Source: a bacterium
GTDB taxonomy: Bacteria > Myxococcota > UBA727 > JAUIJE01
Assembly (NCBI GenBank): GCA_030431455.1
Contig: JAUIJE010000003.1
Span: 8,360 to 72,359 of the forward strand
Length of the DNA stretch: 64,000 bases
Direction of reading: 5' to 3'
In this document: piece after piece, positions 28,654 through 36,835 of the stretch
Position numbering within the stretch: the first letter of the stretch is position 1
Layout: each line of letters begins with the position of its first letter
Notes under the pieces: model-generated
Databases searched by the model: none
What the model was told of the DNA's origin: nothing
Seen by the model: only the letters and a program-made list of their open reading frames with translations
Made by a program: the position numbers and the translations under genes

Positions 28654-30665
28654 GGCGCGGCGGGCTCGCTCGGGGGTTGGATATCAAACAATACCGCACC
28701 CGCCTTCTCGCCTTTTTTCGCCACCCGGGCCTCGGCCACGACGCGGCGCGGCAGCACCCCGTGCGCCTCCAGGTACGCCTTCACCACGTCGGCGCGCTCC
28801 TGGGCTTGGGGGAGGCCCTTTTTCTTCTTGGCCAGCACCACGACCTTGACCTGTTCGATCCCGCGCTCCACCAGCAACACATCCACCACATCGTCGAGCA
28901 CAAACGCGGCCGCGCTCAGCAGCTCGGCGCTGCGCGAGGAGAACGCCACGTTGGCCGCGGTCTCGATCCGCCCCTCCACGCGCTTGGCGATGCGCCGGGC
29001 CGGGACTTTGTTGAGGCGGAACGCAACCTGAACCGGCTCGCCCATCACCGCCTCCACCACCCGGCCCGCGCGCAGGTACCCGTCGCTGTGCGCCTGCAGC
29101 ACCCAGGTCCCGGGCTCCACCGCGGTGGTGAACCGCCCGCCCTCGACGTCGACCTCGACAAAGCCTGAGCCGTCCTGCCGGGTCAACTCCACCGTGCCCG
29201 GGAGGGCCACGTCGTCGACTTCGCCCCGCACCGAGCCTTGCAGCGTCACCCGCTGGATCGGCCGCTCCAGCACCACCCGGCCGGGGGCGCCGTCTTCCAA
29301 TGTCACAGCGTTGTCCTCGAAGCCCTCCAGCGACACCGTCACCCGCCGGGTGGCGGCGGTCTCGGCCCACCCCCGGACACACCCGTCGTCGCCGGTGAGG
29401 CTGTCCGGCAACCCCCCGTCGCTGAACGACACCCGGGCCCCGGGGAGCGCGAGGCGCGCGCCGTCGGTGACGCAGACCTCCACTTTTTGCACCGCCGGCG
29501 CCGCGCCGTCGGGGGTGGCCGCCCCCTCGGGAAAATCGCCGCCCGCCGCCTCCGCCGGGGCCGACGACGACGGTGACGACGACGAGAACGCGTCCATGGA
29601 CACCGTCACCGAGCCCCCCGCGAAGTACAGCGGATTCAACGGTTGGCCATCGACCACGTTGGCCAGCGAGGGCGGGACGTAGCCGGCGTTTCCGGTGGGG
29701 CCAATGTCACAGAACAGCTCGAAGGTGACACCTTGAAATGGCGTCACCCGCACCCCCGGGGTCACCACCGTGTGGGGATCGAACACAAAGTCATAGTCGG
29801 CGCCCGAGGCCCCGCGCCCCGCGGGCACCATCAACGCGCCCTGCCACCAGGCCTCGACGAACGGGGTGACAAACGGCAAGGGCACCTCGACCGCCACCCC
29901 GCCAAACGCTTGGTCGTACCACCAATAGTCGCCGGCGGCGGCGAGCACGTGGCCGTCGACCCCTTGCAGGTAGTACCGGGCCCGGGTGTCGACCGGCGCG
30001 AGGTAGTGGGCGTTTTGGTACCGGTACCCGCCGTTGAGGTGGGCGCGAAAGGGCAAGCCGTAGGCGTCCGCGAGGTCGACGGTGACCAGGGCCGCGACCT
30101 GGGCGGAGAGGTTGAGGTAGTCCGGCACAATGCCATTGAGACGGGCCGGCATCGTGACCTGGGCGGACAGCCCCGCGGCCACGGGAATGGGAAAATCTGT
30201 GAACAGCCCCACGAGGCCCACCGGGTTGAGCTTGGCCCCGACGGAGAACTGGGGCGCGGCTTGGCGGGTGGAGTAGTCGCCGATGGTGTTTTCCGTGCCC
30301 GCGCCCAGGGCCTGAGCGGACAGCTCGACGAGGTCAAAAAAGCCCAGCGCGGCCGCGCCCCGGGCCCGCACGATGACCTGCTGGTCGACGTCAGGCCCGA
30401 CAAAATCCGGCAGATAGAACCCGCCCCCCGAGAGCTGGGCGGTGGCGGCCACCGGGCCGTACACCCGGGCCGAGGTCACCCGGCGCACCCCCACGAAGCC
30501 GTAGCGGTTGAGCACCCGGTCCGACGAGCCGAAGCCGAAGCCGTCGTCGCCGTCGTCCACGTCCGCCGCGGGCGCGGCCGCGGGTGCGTCCTGGGCGTGT
30601 GCGAGCGCCCCCCACAGACAGCCGAGGGCGGCCAGGGCGGGCGCGCAGGTTCGGGTCCCCCACAT
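28650..30665 (-). CDS. outer-membrane protein with C-terminal OmpA-like peptidoglycan-binding domain
   Basis: Signal peptide MWGTRTCAPALAALGCLWGALAHA. C-terminal OmpA_C-like segment (..AFSSRSAELLSAAAFVLDDVVDVL..VVLAKKKKG..RADVVKAYL). The stop of the upstream FHA gene overlaps by 4 nt. Confidence 0.65.
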   Translation of the reverse strand: MWGTRTCAPALAALGCLWGALAHAQDAPAAAPAADVDDGDDGFGFGSSDRVLNRYGFVGVRRVTSARVYGPVAATAQLSGGGFYLPDFVGPDVDQQVIVRARGAAALGFFDLVELSAQALGAGTENTIGDYSTRQAAPQFSVGAKLNPVGLVGLFTDFPIPVAAGLSAQVTMPARLNGIVPDYLNLSAQVAALVTVDLADAYGLPFRAHLNGGYRYQNAHYLAPVDTRARYYLQGVDGHVLAAAGDYWWYDQAFGGVAVEVPLPFVTPFVEAWWQGALMVPAGRGASGADYDFVFDPHTVVTPGVRVTPFQGVTFELFCDIGPTGNAGYVPPSLANVVDGQPLNPLYFAGGSVTVSMDAFSSSSPSSSAPAEAAGGDFPEGAATPDGAAPAVQKVEVCVTDGARLALPGARVSFSDGGLPDSLTGDDGCVRGWAETAATRRVTVSLEGFEDNAVTLEDGAPGRVVLERPIQRVTLQGSVRGEVDDVALPGTVELTRQDGSGFVEVDVEGGRFTTAVEPGTWVLQAHSDGYLRAGRVVEAVMGEPVQVAFRLNKVPARRIAKRVEGRIETAANVAFSSRSAELLSAAAFVLDDVVDVLLVERGIEQVKVVVLAKKKKGLPQAQERADVVKAYLEAHGVLPRRVVAEARVAKKGEKAGAVLFDIQPPSEPAAP

Positions 30666-30778
30666 GGGGGGAGGTTTTCGCCTCCGGCGGCGTAAATCAA
30701 GTTCCCCCGGGGCCGGGCCGGCCAAAACCCCTTTAGATCTCGGGCGGTTTCGGGCAGGGTCGCGCGCCTGGAGGCTTT

Positions 30779-31648
30779 ATGATCCCGCTCGATCTGTCCG
30801 GAAAAACCGCCCTCGTCACCGGCTTGGCCGACAACGTGGGCTTCGCCTGGAGCATCGCCAAAGCCCTGCAGGGGGCCGGCGCCGATGTCATCGCGTCCCC
30901 CCACCCGCGGGTGGCCGGCATCCTGTCCCGGTTCCTCACCCGGGAAAAAGACAAGGACAGCCGGGCCCTGCCCGGTGGCGGCGAATTTGCGCCCAAGGCG
31001 GTCATCCCCTGCGACGTGAGCTACGACGTGGCCGATGACGTGCCCGCCGACCTGCGGGACAAAAAAGGCTACGAGGGCCTCGACGTCTCCATCGAAGGCC
31101 TGGTCAAAGGCGTGAAGGAACATTGTGACGGGGTGGACATCCTCGTGCACTCGGTGGCGTTCTCGCCCGAGATTTCCAAGGACCACATCGACGTGAGCCG
31201 CGCGGCCTACATGACCGCGATGAGCGTGAGCTCGTATTCGTTGGTGTCGCTGTGCCGCGCGATCCGCCCCTTGATGGCCGGGCGCGCCGGGTCGGTGACC
31301 TGCCTGAGCTACCTCGCGGCCGAGCGCGTGGTGCCCTTCTACGGTGGGGGCATGGCCTCGGCCAAAGCCGCCCTCGAGTGCGATGCGCGCATGTGCGCGT
31401 GGTTCATGGGCGAGGACGGCCACCGGGTCAACGTCGTGAGCGCGGGGCCGTACGCGTCGCGGGCGGCGAAATCCATCGGCGACATCCAGAAGATGGTCGA
31501 CTACTGCGCCGAGCGTTCGCCGATCAAAGCCGCGGTCACGCCCGAGCAGGTGGCCAACACCGTGCTCTTCTTGTCGTCGAACATGTCGTCGGGCATCACC
31601 GGCAGCACCGTGTACGTCGACAGCGGCTACCACGCGATGGGCATGTAG
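30779..31648 (+). CDS. fabI: enoyl-[acyl-carrier-protein] reductase (FabI family SDR)
   Basis: LSGKTALVTGLADNVGFAWSIAKAL N-terminus and Y-x6-K catalytic region typical of FabI. 289 aa. Confidence 0.85.
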   Translation: MIPLDLSGKTALVTGLADNVGFAWSIAKALQGAGADVIASPHPRVAGILSRFLTREKDKDSRALPGGGEFAPKAVIPCDVSYDVADDVPADLRDKKGYEGLDVSIEGLVKGVKEHCDGVDILVHSVAFSPEISKDHIDVSRAAYMTAMSVSSYSLVSLCRAIRPLMAGRAGSVTCLSYLAAERVVPFYGGGMASAKAALECDARMCAWFMGEDGHRVNVVSAGPYASRAAKSIGDIQKMVDYCAERSPIKAAVTPEQVANTVLFLSSNMSSGITGSTVYVDSGYHAMGM

Positions 31649-31683
31649 GACGTTCGTCTCCCTGCACTGACATGGTGGCCTGT

Positions 31684-31715
31684 CTCCACTCGGTCGATCG
31701 CCCGAGCGGAGACAT
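31684..31715. terminator. Imperfect GC-rich hairpin GTCTCCACTCGG-N7-CCGAGCGGAGAC downstream of fabI and upstream of the paralog-A start (possible terminator or attenuator)
   Basis: An 11/12 inverted repeat is visible in the sequence. There is no downstream T-run, so the function is uncertain. Confidence 0.3.
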
Positions 31716-31769
31716 CGGCGGGGCCGGGCGCGCGATAACGTCCCTGGTGCCTCGGCACCGGGAGGCCCG

Positions 31770-34310
31770 ATGACGATCCGCCGTACGCCCACGTCCACGT
31801 ACAAGCCGAAGACCCAACGCAAGAGCATCAAACCGAGCCCCACGCGCACGACCTCGAACACGACGTCGAGTTCGTCGAGCTCGTCGACGCGCACCCCGGC
31901 CAGCACCGCCACCCAGCAGGCGAGCCGCACCCGGGCCGCGAACGCCGATGCCACCGCCCGCGCGCGGGTGGGCGCGTCGAACCCGTCCGGCACCGGTCGC
32001 GCCGGCGCGAGCGCCGCGCCCCCGCCCGAGAGCGCCCAAAAACGCGTCGAGCGCACCCGGGCCGACGCCCAAGAGGCGATCACCGCCGCCAACGACGTGC
32101 GCGCCCGGTACGACGACGCGCGCCGCGACCTGCTCCAAGCCTCGCTGCCGCGCTTTCTCGGGGGCAGCTCCCCGGCCGAGCGCGGGGACCTCGACAAGCT
32201 GCGGCGCCGCACGTCCCTGTTGCGCGACGCGAGCTTAAACGCGGACAAGAACGCGTACGAAAAAACCCAAACCGCGCTCGACGCCCAGCGCGAAGCCGGC
32301 GTCGCCCCCGCGCGCGCCCGGGTGTTCGGCGGCCAAGCGCCGGTGCCCACCCACCTCGAGAACCTCACCCCCGGCGAGCGTCAACAGGTCGCGGGCCAGG
32401 ACGTGCCGAGCCGCATCGCCAACATCCCCGACCGCATCTACGCGCAATCGGAAGAAGGCCAGCGCGAGGCCCAGGTCAACGCCGCGGTCGACGACATCAA
32501 CCGCGCGGTGGACGGCATCGACAGCGACGCCGACAAAGGCACGCGCAACGGCCAGACCATCAACGCCACCGAGACCCTCGAGCGCACCTTGCGCGAGGCC
32601 CCGCCCGAGCTGCGCGGGGAGATCCTCGAGCAGAGCCGGGACGCCATCGAGCGGCTGACCCCCAACCTCAAGGACCTGAACAAAGACGAGACCACCCGCG
32701 CGGTGGAAAATCTCACCACCGCCACCGAACACGCCGGCGCCCAGAACGCGCATCTGCTCACCGACCCCATCGCCGAGCAGGTGCAGGCGGGTTCGCTCGA
32801 GGAGCGCGGGTCGTTCTTGGGGCGGCACGATCACCGCAGCGAGCAGGAGTTTTCCGACTCGGTGCACGAGGTAATGCAGGACTCGGGGTCGGACCTGTTC
32901 GCCCGGTCGTTGGCCAACCAGCTGCACGAACGAGGCGACACCGGCTTTGCCAATGCCATTGCCACACACGGCGGGGTCCCGGGCAAAAACCTGCTCGAGC
33001 GCGGGAGCGAACTGTTCAGCAACGCGGTGGACAACGTCACCGGCTTCGTCGGCGACATCGCCAACGCGGGGGGCGATTTTATCCGCAACAAGATCGCGGA
33101 CATCGCCCAGATCGACCAGCGCGTGGCCGAGCTGAACTCCGAAGGGGATTCGTTCACATTGGGTCTCGGGGGCGAAGCCGCCGCCGGGGTCTCGGTGGGC
33201 GCGTCCGCCGAGATGGAGGTGCAAAGGACCGACGACGGCTACACCGTGACGGTGACCGGCGAGGCCTCGGCGGGCATCTTTGGCCAACTCGGGGCCAAGG
33301 CGGGGATCGGAGGCGGGGCCCTCGAGGGCCAGGCCAACGTCACCGGACAGGTCCAGGTCGAGGCCCACTTCGATTCCCTCGAGGAGGCCCAGCGGGCGGC
33401 CAGCACCATCGCGGGCATTGGCATTGGCACGGCGGTGGGCGGACCCGCGGGGGCGGTGGCCACCGGCGCCACCGCCACCGACGAGCTGCGGGCGTTCGGC
33501 GAGAACGTCACCGCCACCCGGATCGGGGTCGAGCTGTCCGGCTCGGTGGCGGCCGAGCTCGGGACCGAGGTCGGCCACGCCGGCCTCGGGGGCAGCGCCG
33601 AGATCGAAGCGTCGACGTCGGCCACGGTGGAGATTCGCCCCGGCGAAGCCCCGGCGTTGATCGTGGGCAGCGAGCTGTCCGGCGAGGCCAGCCTCAACGT
33701 GGGCATGGGCGATCTGGAGATGCCGGGGGGCGGTTCGCTCAACCTCGGCAGCGTGGGGGCCAAGGGCGGCGTCAGCGTCGAGACCCGCATCCCCCTCGAA
33801 GGCTTCTCGGTGCAGGACGCGCTCACCGATCCGGTGGGCACCCTGCGCGCGATCCCCGGCCGGATCGCAGACAGCGAAACCACGCTCAAGGCTGAAGTGA
33901 CATTGGAAGGCGAAATCAACCCCAGCATGAACCTCCCGGGGGACAACCAGGTCGGGTTCAACGGGGGCGGGGGCGCGCTCACCGCGGAGATCGCCGCCAC
34001 CATGCCCACCTCGGAGCTCGGCACCGCCGCGCGCCGGGCCCTGTCCGGCGATCTCGGGGGGGCGATTCGCGGCTTGTCCGACGAGGCCCAGCTCGACATT
34101 CAGATCGCCGCCCTCGACCGGCGCGGCTTCGAGATCGACGCGGACATCTCTGCGGGCATCTTCAAAGTCGGCGTCGAGGCCGCGTACATGACCGACGACA
34201 AGACCGACATCTTCACCTTCGAGGGCACGCCGCGCGAGCTCGGCCGCGAGGCCGCGGACTTCTTCGACACCCTCACCGACCCGCTGACCGAGAGCGTGAC
34301 CGGGGGTTGA
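31770..34310 (+). CDS. large hypothetical protein, paralog A of a tandem pair (no recognisable domain; C-terminal Gly/Ala-rich amphipathic beta-like segments)
   Basis: GGGAGG RBS. 846 aa with an S/T-rich N-terminus and no signal peptide. It shares long colinear similarity with the next gene (e.g. HRSEQE..DLFARSL..GGVPGKN..ELNSEGD.FTLGL..AHFD..A.TIAGIGI..AEVTLEG). Confidence 0.6.
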   Translation: MTIRRTPTSTYKPKTQRKSIKPSPTRTTSNTTSSSSSSSTRTPASTATQQASRTRAANADATARARVGASNPSGTGRAGASAAPPPESAQKRVERTRADAQEAITAANDVRARYDDARRDLLQASLPRFLGGSSPAERGDLDKLRRRTSLLRDASLNADKNAYEKTQTALDAQREAGVAPARARVFGGQAPVPTHLENLTPGERQQVAGQDVPSRIANIPDRIYAQSEEGQREAQVNAAVDDINRAVDGIDSDADKGTRNGQTINATETLERTLREAPPELRGEILEQSRDAIERLTPNLKDLNKDETTRAVENLTTATEHAGAQNAHLLTDPIAEQVQAGSLEERGSFLGRHDHRSEQEFSDSVHEVMQDSGSDLFARSLANQLHERGDTGFANAIATHGGVPGKNLLERGSELFSNAVDNVTGFVGDIANAGGDFIRNKIADIAQIDQRVAELNSEGDSFTLGLGGEAAAGVSVGASAEMEVQRTDDGYTVTVTGEASAGIFGQLGAKAGIGGGALEGQANVTGQVQVEAHFDSLEEAQRAASTIAGIGIGTAVGGPAGAVATGATATDELRAFGENVTATRIGVELSGSVAAELGTEVGHAGLGGSAEIEASTSATVEIRPGEAPALIVGSELSGEASLNVGMGDLEMPGGGSLNLGSVGAKGGVSVETRIPLEGFSVQDALTDPVGTLRAIPGRIADSETTLKAEVTLEGEINPSMNLPGDNQVGFNGGGGALTAEIAATMPTSELGTAARRALSGDLGGAIRGLSDEAQLDIQIAALDRRGFEIDADISAGIFKVGVEAAYMTDDKTDIFTFEGTPRELGREAADFFDTLTDPLTESVTGG

Positions 34311-34313
34311 TGG

Positions 34314-34345
34314 TTCAGCAATAAATTGCTGATTTTACAGTCATT
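34314..34345 (+). terminator. AT-rich perfect 18-bp palindrome TCAGCAATAAATTGCTGA followed by a T-rich tract, between the tandem paralogs (terminator or operator)
   Basis: Seen directly: 8-bp arms with a 2-nt loop, then ATTTTACAGTCATTTT. This is an unusually AT-rich patch in a 70% GC context. Confidence 0.35.
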
Positions 34346-34399
34346 TTCGTCGTCTTTGGCCGCGCCAAAAGCCGCCGCGGTCCGATAGATCCCTCACCC

Positions 34400-36835
34400 A
34401 TGGTTGTCCGGCGCTCCCCGCCCCCGTCTGTCCAGGTTCCGCGCTCCCGCGCCGCCGATTCGGCTGTCCCCGCCGCGTCGGCGCAGGAGACGACGGCCGC
34501 GTCCCCCGCCGCGTCCCCAGACGGCATCGACCGCGGGCCCGGCCAAAGCGCCCGGCCCGGCCAAAGCCCCGATGTCGCCGGGTTGCGCGCCGCCGCCCGG
34601 GCCGCGCTGGCCGCGGCCCAGGAGGCCCGCCACGCCGCAGACCAGGCCCAGGACGCGCTGTTGCGCGCCGAGCTGCCGGTGGTCAGCCACGAACTCGGCG
34701 CGCTGTTGCCCCCGCCGTTGCCCGGCCACGACGCAGAGACATTGTCACGGCTCCAGGCGCAGGCCACCCGCCTCGAAGACAAGAGCGCGGCCGCCGACCG
34801 CGCCGCCCACGACGCGCTCAACGCGGTGCTGCACGCCACCCACGGCGCCGGCCAAGCCCCGCATCACGTGCGGCTGGGGGGCCACCTCGCGCCGCTGCCC
34901 GCGCGGCTGTCGCAGCTTCTCGACGAGGAGCGCGCGGCGTTGGCCGGCCAGCCGGTGCCCGACCGCATCGCCCGCGTGGCCCAGCCCGACGACGGCGCCG
35001 CCCGCCGCGCCACAATGCTCAAGGGTCACCTGCGCACCCTGCGCGACGCGGTGGACGGCATCGACGGGCGCAAAAAGGCGCGGAACCGGGCGACCTTGGC
35101 CGCGGTCGCCACCGTCGCGCGCACCGTGGCGGACGCCCCCGCCGAGCTGCGCCCCATGTTGCTGCACCAGGCGCGCCCGGTGTTGATGCGCCTGAGCCTC
35201 GCGCTCCAGGACCTGGGCCCCGACGACACCCGCGCCGCCGTCGAACAGCTCAGCGCCGCGGCCGAGACCCTGGGACCGGCTCAGGTGTTTTTGCTCACCA
35301 GCCCGCTGGCCAGCGAAATCGCCGCCGGCAGCCTCGAGGAGGACAACACCTTCCTCAACCGGCGGCGACACCGGAGCGAACAAGAGCTCTGCGACGCCGT
35401 GCACGCGGTCATGAACGACACCGGCCACGACCTGTTCGCGCGGTCGTTGTGCCAACAGCTCGTGGTCCTCGACGATCTGGGCTTCGCCCAGGCGGTGGCG
35501 GTGGGCGGCGCGGTCCCGGGCAAGAACACCTGGGAACGCGGCAGCGAGCAGCTCGACGACGCGCTCCGGGATGTCAGCGCCTTCGTCGGCGACCTCGCCA
35601 ACTCGGGCGGCGACTACCTGCGCGAGCGCATCGCCGACTTGAGCGGCATCGACCACAAGATCGCCGAGCTGAACAGCAAGGGCGACAAGTTCACCCTCGG
35701 GCTCGAGGTCGAGGTCGCCACCGGGGCGGCGGTGTACGCCGCGGCCGAGCTCGAGGTCAAACGCAAAAAACACGGCCACTACGAGGTCACCATCTCGGGG
35801 GCGGCGGGGGCGGGCATCTTTGGCGCCCTCGGGGCCAAGGCCGGCCTGTTCGGCGGGGCCCTCGATGGGGAGGCCTACGCTTCTGGGTTCGTCGAAGTGG
35901 AGGCCCATTTTGACACCCGGGAAGAAGCTCTGGCCGCCGCCCGCGCCATCGCCGGCATTGGCATTGCGAGCGGGCTGACCGGCCCGGTGGGCGCCCTGGT
36001 GGTGGGGGCCACGGCCAAGGACGAACTGCGGCCTTTCCTCGACGGGCTGCACGCCACCCGGCTCGGCATTGAGCTCGAAGGAAAAGCCGAGCTCGACCTC
36101 GGCTTTGCCATCGGCCACGGTGGGCTCGCGGCGGAAAATGAGATCAAGGCCACCGCGTCGGCCACGGTAGAGCTGCGGCCGGGCCGCGCCCCCGCGCTGG
36201 TGGTGGCCAGCGAGCTCGAAGGCGAAAGCGTGCTCCGGCTGGGCCACGAAAAACTCAAGCTCCCCGGCGGGGGGGAACTCGAGCTGGGCAGCGTCGGGGC
36301 CAAGGGCACGGTGAGCCTCGAGACCAGCGTGTCGCTCGAGGGCATGAGCCTGCGCGACGTGCTGCGCGACCCGGTCAAGACGGTGCGGGGTCTGAAGAGC
36401 CGGCTCGCCGAGGCCGAGACCACCCTCGCCGCTGAAGTGACATTGGAAGGCCTGTACAACGCCGAGGGCGACCTGCCCCTGCACAGCGACATGAAGCTCA
36501 CCGCGGGGGGCGCCGCGGTCACCGCCGAGCTGGCCGCGACGTTGCCCCACAAAGACCTGGGCGAGTCCGCGCGGCGGGCGTTCGGGGGCGACCTCAAGGG
36601 GGCGCTGTCCGCGCTGTCCGACGAAGCGGTGCTCGAGGTCGAGACCCACGCGCTGGACAAGCGGGGGTTCGACATCGAGGCCGGCATCGAGGTGGGCATC
36701 TTCGCCATCGGGGTCGCGGCCGAGTATCTCACCGAGGACAAGACCAAGATGTTCGCCTACGAGGGCAGCCCGCGCGAGCTGCTCGACGAGGCGGCGGACT
36801 TTTTCCACCGCGTCACCGGCTCGATCACCGCCTAG
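34400..36835 (+). CDS. large hypothetical protein, paralog B of the tandem pair
   Basis: 811 aa, colinear with paralog A. It shares identical nucleotide blocks with paralog A (GCTGAAGTGACATTGGAAGG; GGCATTGGCATTG). Confidence 0.6.
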   Translation: MVVRRSPPPSVQVPRSRAADSAVPAASAQETTAASPAASPDGIDRGPGQSARPGQSPDVAGLRAAARAALAAAQEARHAADQAQDALLRAELPVVSHELGALLPPPLPGHDAETLSRLQAQATRLEDKSAAADRAAHDALNAVLHATHGAGQAPHHVRLGGHLAPLPARLSQLLDEERAALAGQPVPDRIARVAQPDDGAARRATMLKGHLRTLRDAVDGIDGRKKARNRATLAAVATVARTVADAPAELRPMLLHQARPVLMRLSLALQDLGPDDTRAAVEQLSAAAETLGPAQVFLLTSPLASEIAAGSLEEDNTFLNRRRHRSEQELCDAVHAVMNDTGHDLFARSLCQQLVVLDDLGFAQAVAVGGAVPGKNTWERGSEQLDDALRDVSAFVGDLANSGGDYLRERIADLSGIDHKIAELNSKGDKFTLGLEVEVATGAAVYAAAELEVKRKKHGHYEVTISGAAGAGIFGALGAKAGLFGGALDGEAYASGFVEVEAHFDTREEALAAARAIAGIGIASGLTGPVGALVVGATAKDELRPFLDGLHATRLGIELEGKAELDLGFAIGHGGLAAENEIKATASATVELRPGRAPALVVASELEGESVLRLGHEKLKLPGGGELELGSVGAKGTVSLETSVSLEGMSLRDVLRDPVKTVRGLKSRLAEAETTLAAEVTLEGLYNAEGDLPLHSDMKLTAGGAAVTAELAATLPHKDLGESARRAFGGDLKGALSALSDEAVLEVETHALDKRGFDIEAGIEVGIFAIGVAAEYLTEDKTKMFAYEGSPRELLDEAADFFHRVTGSITA

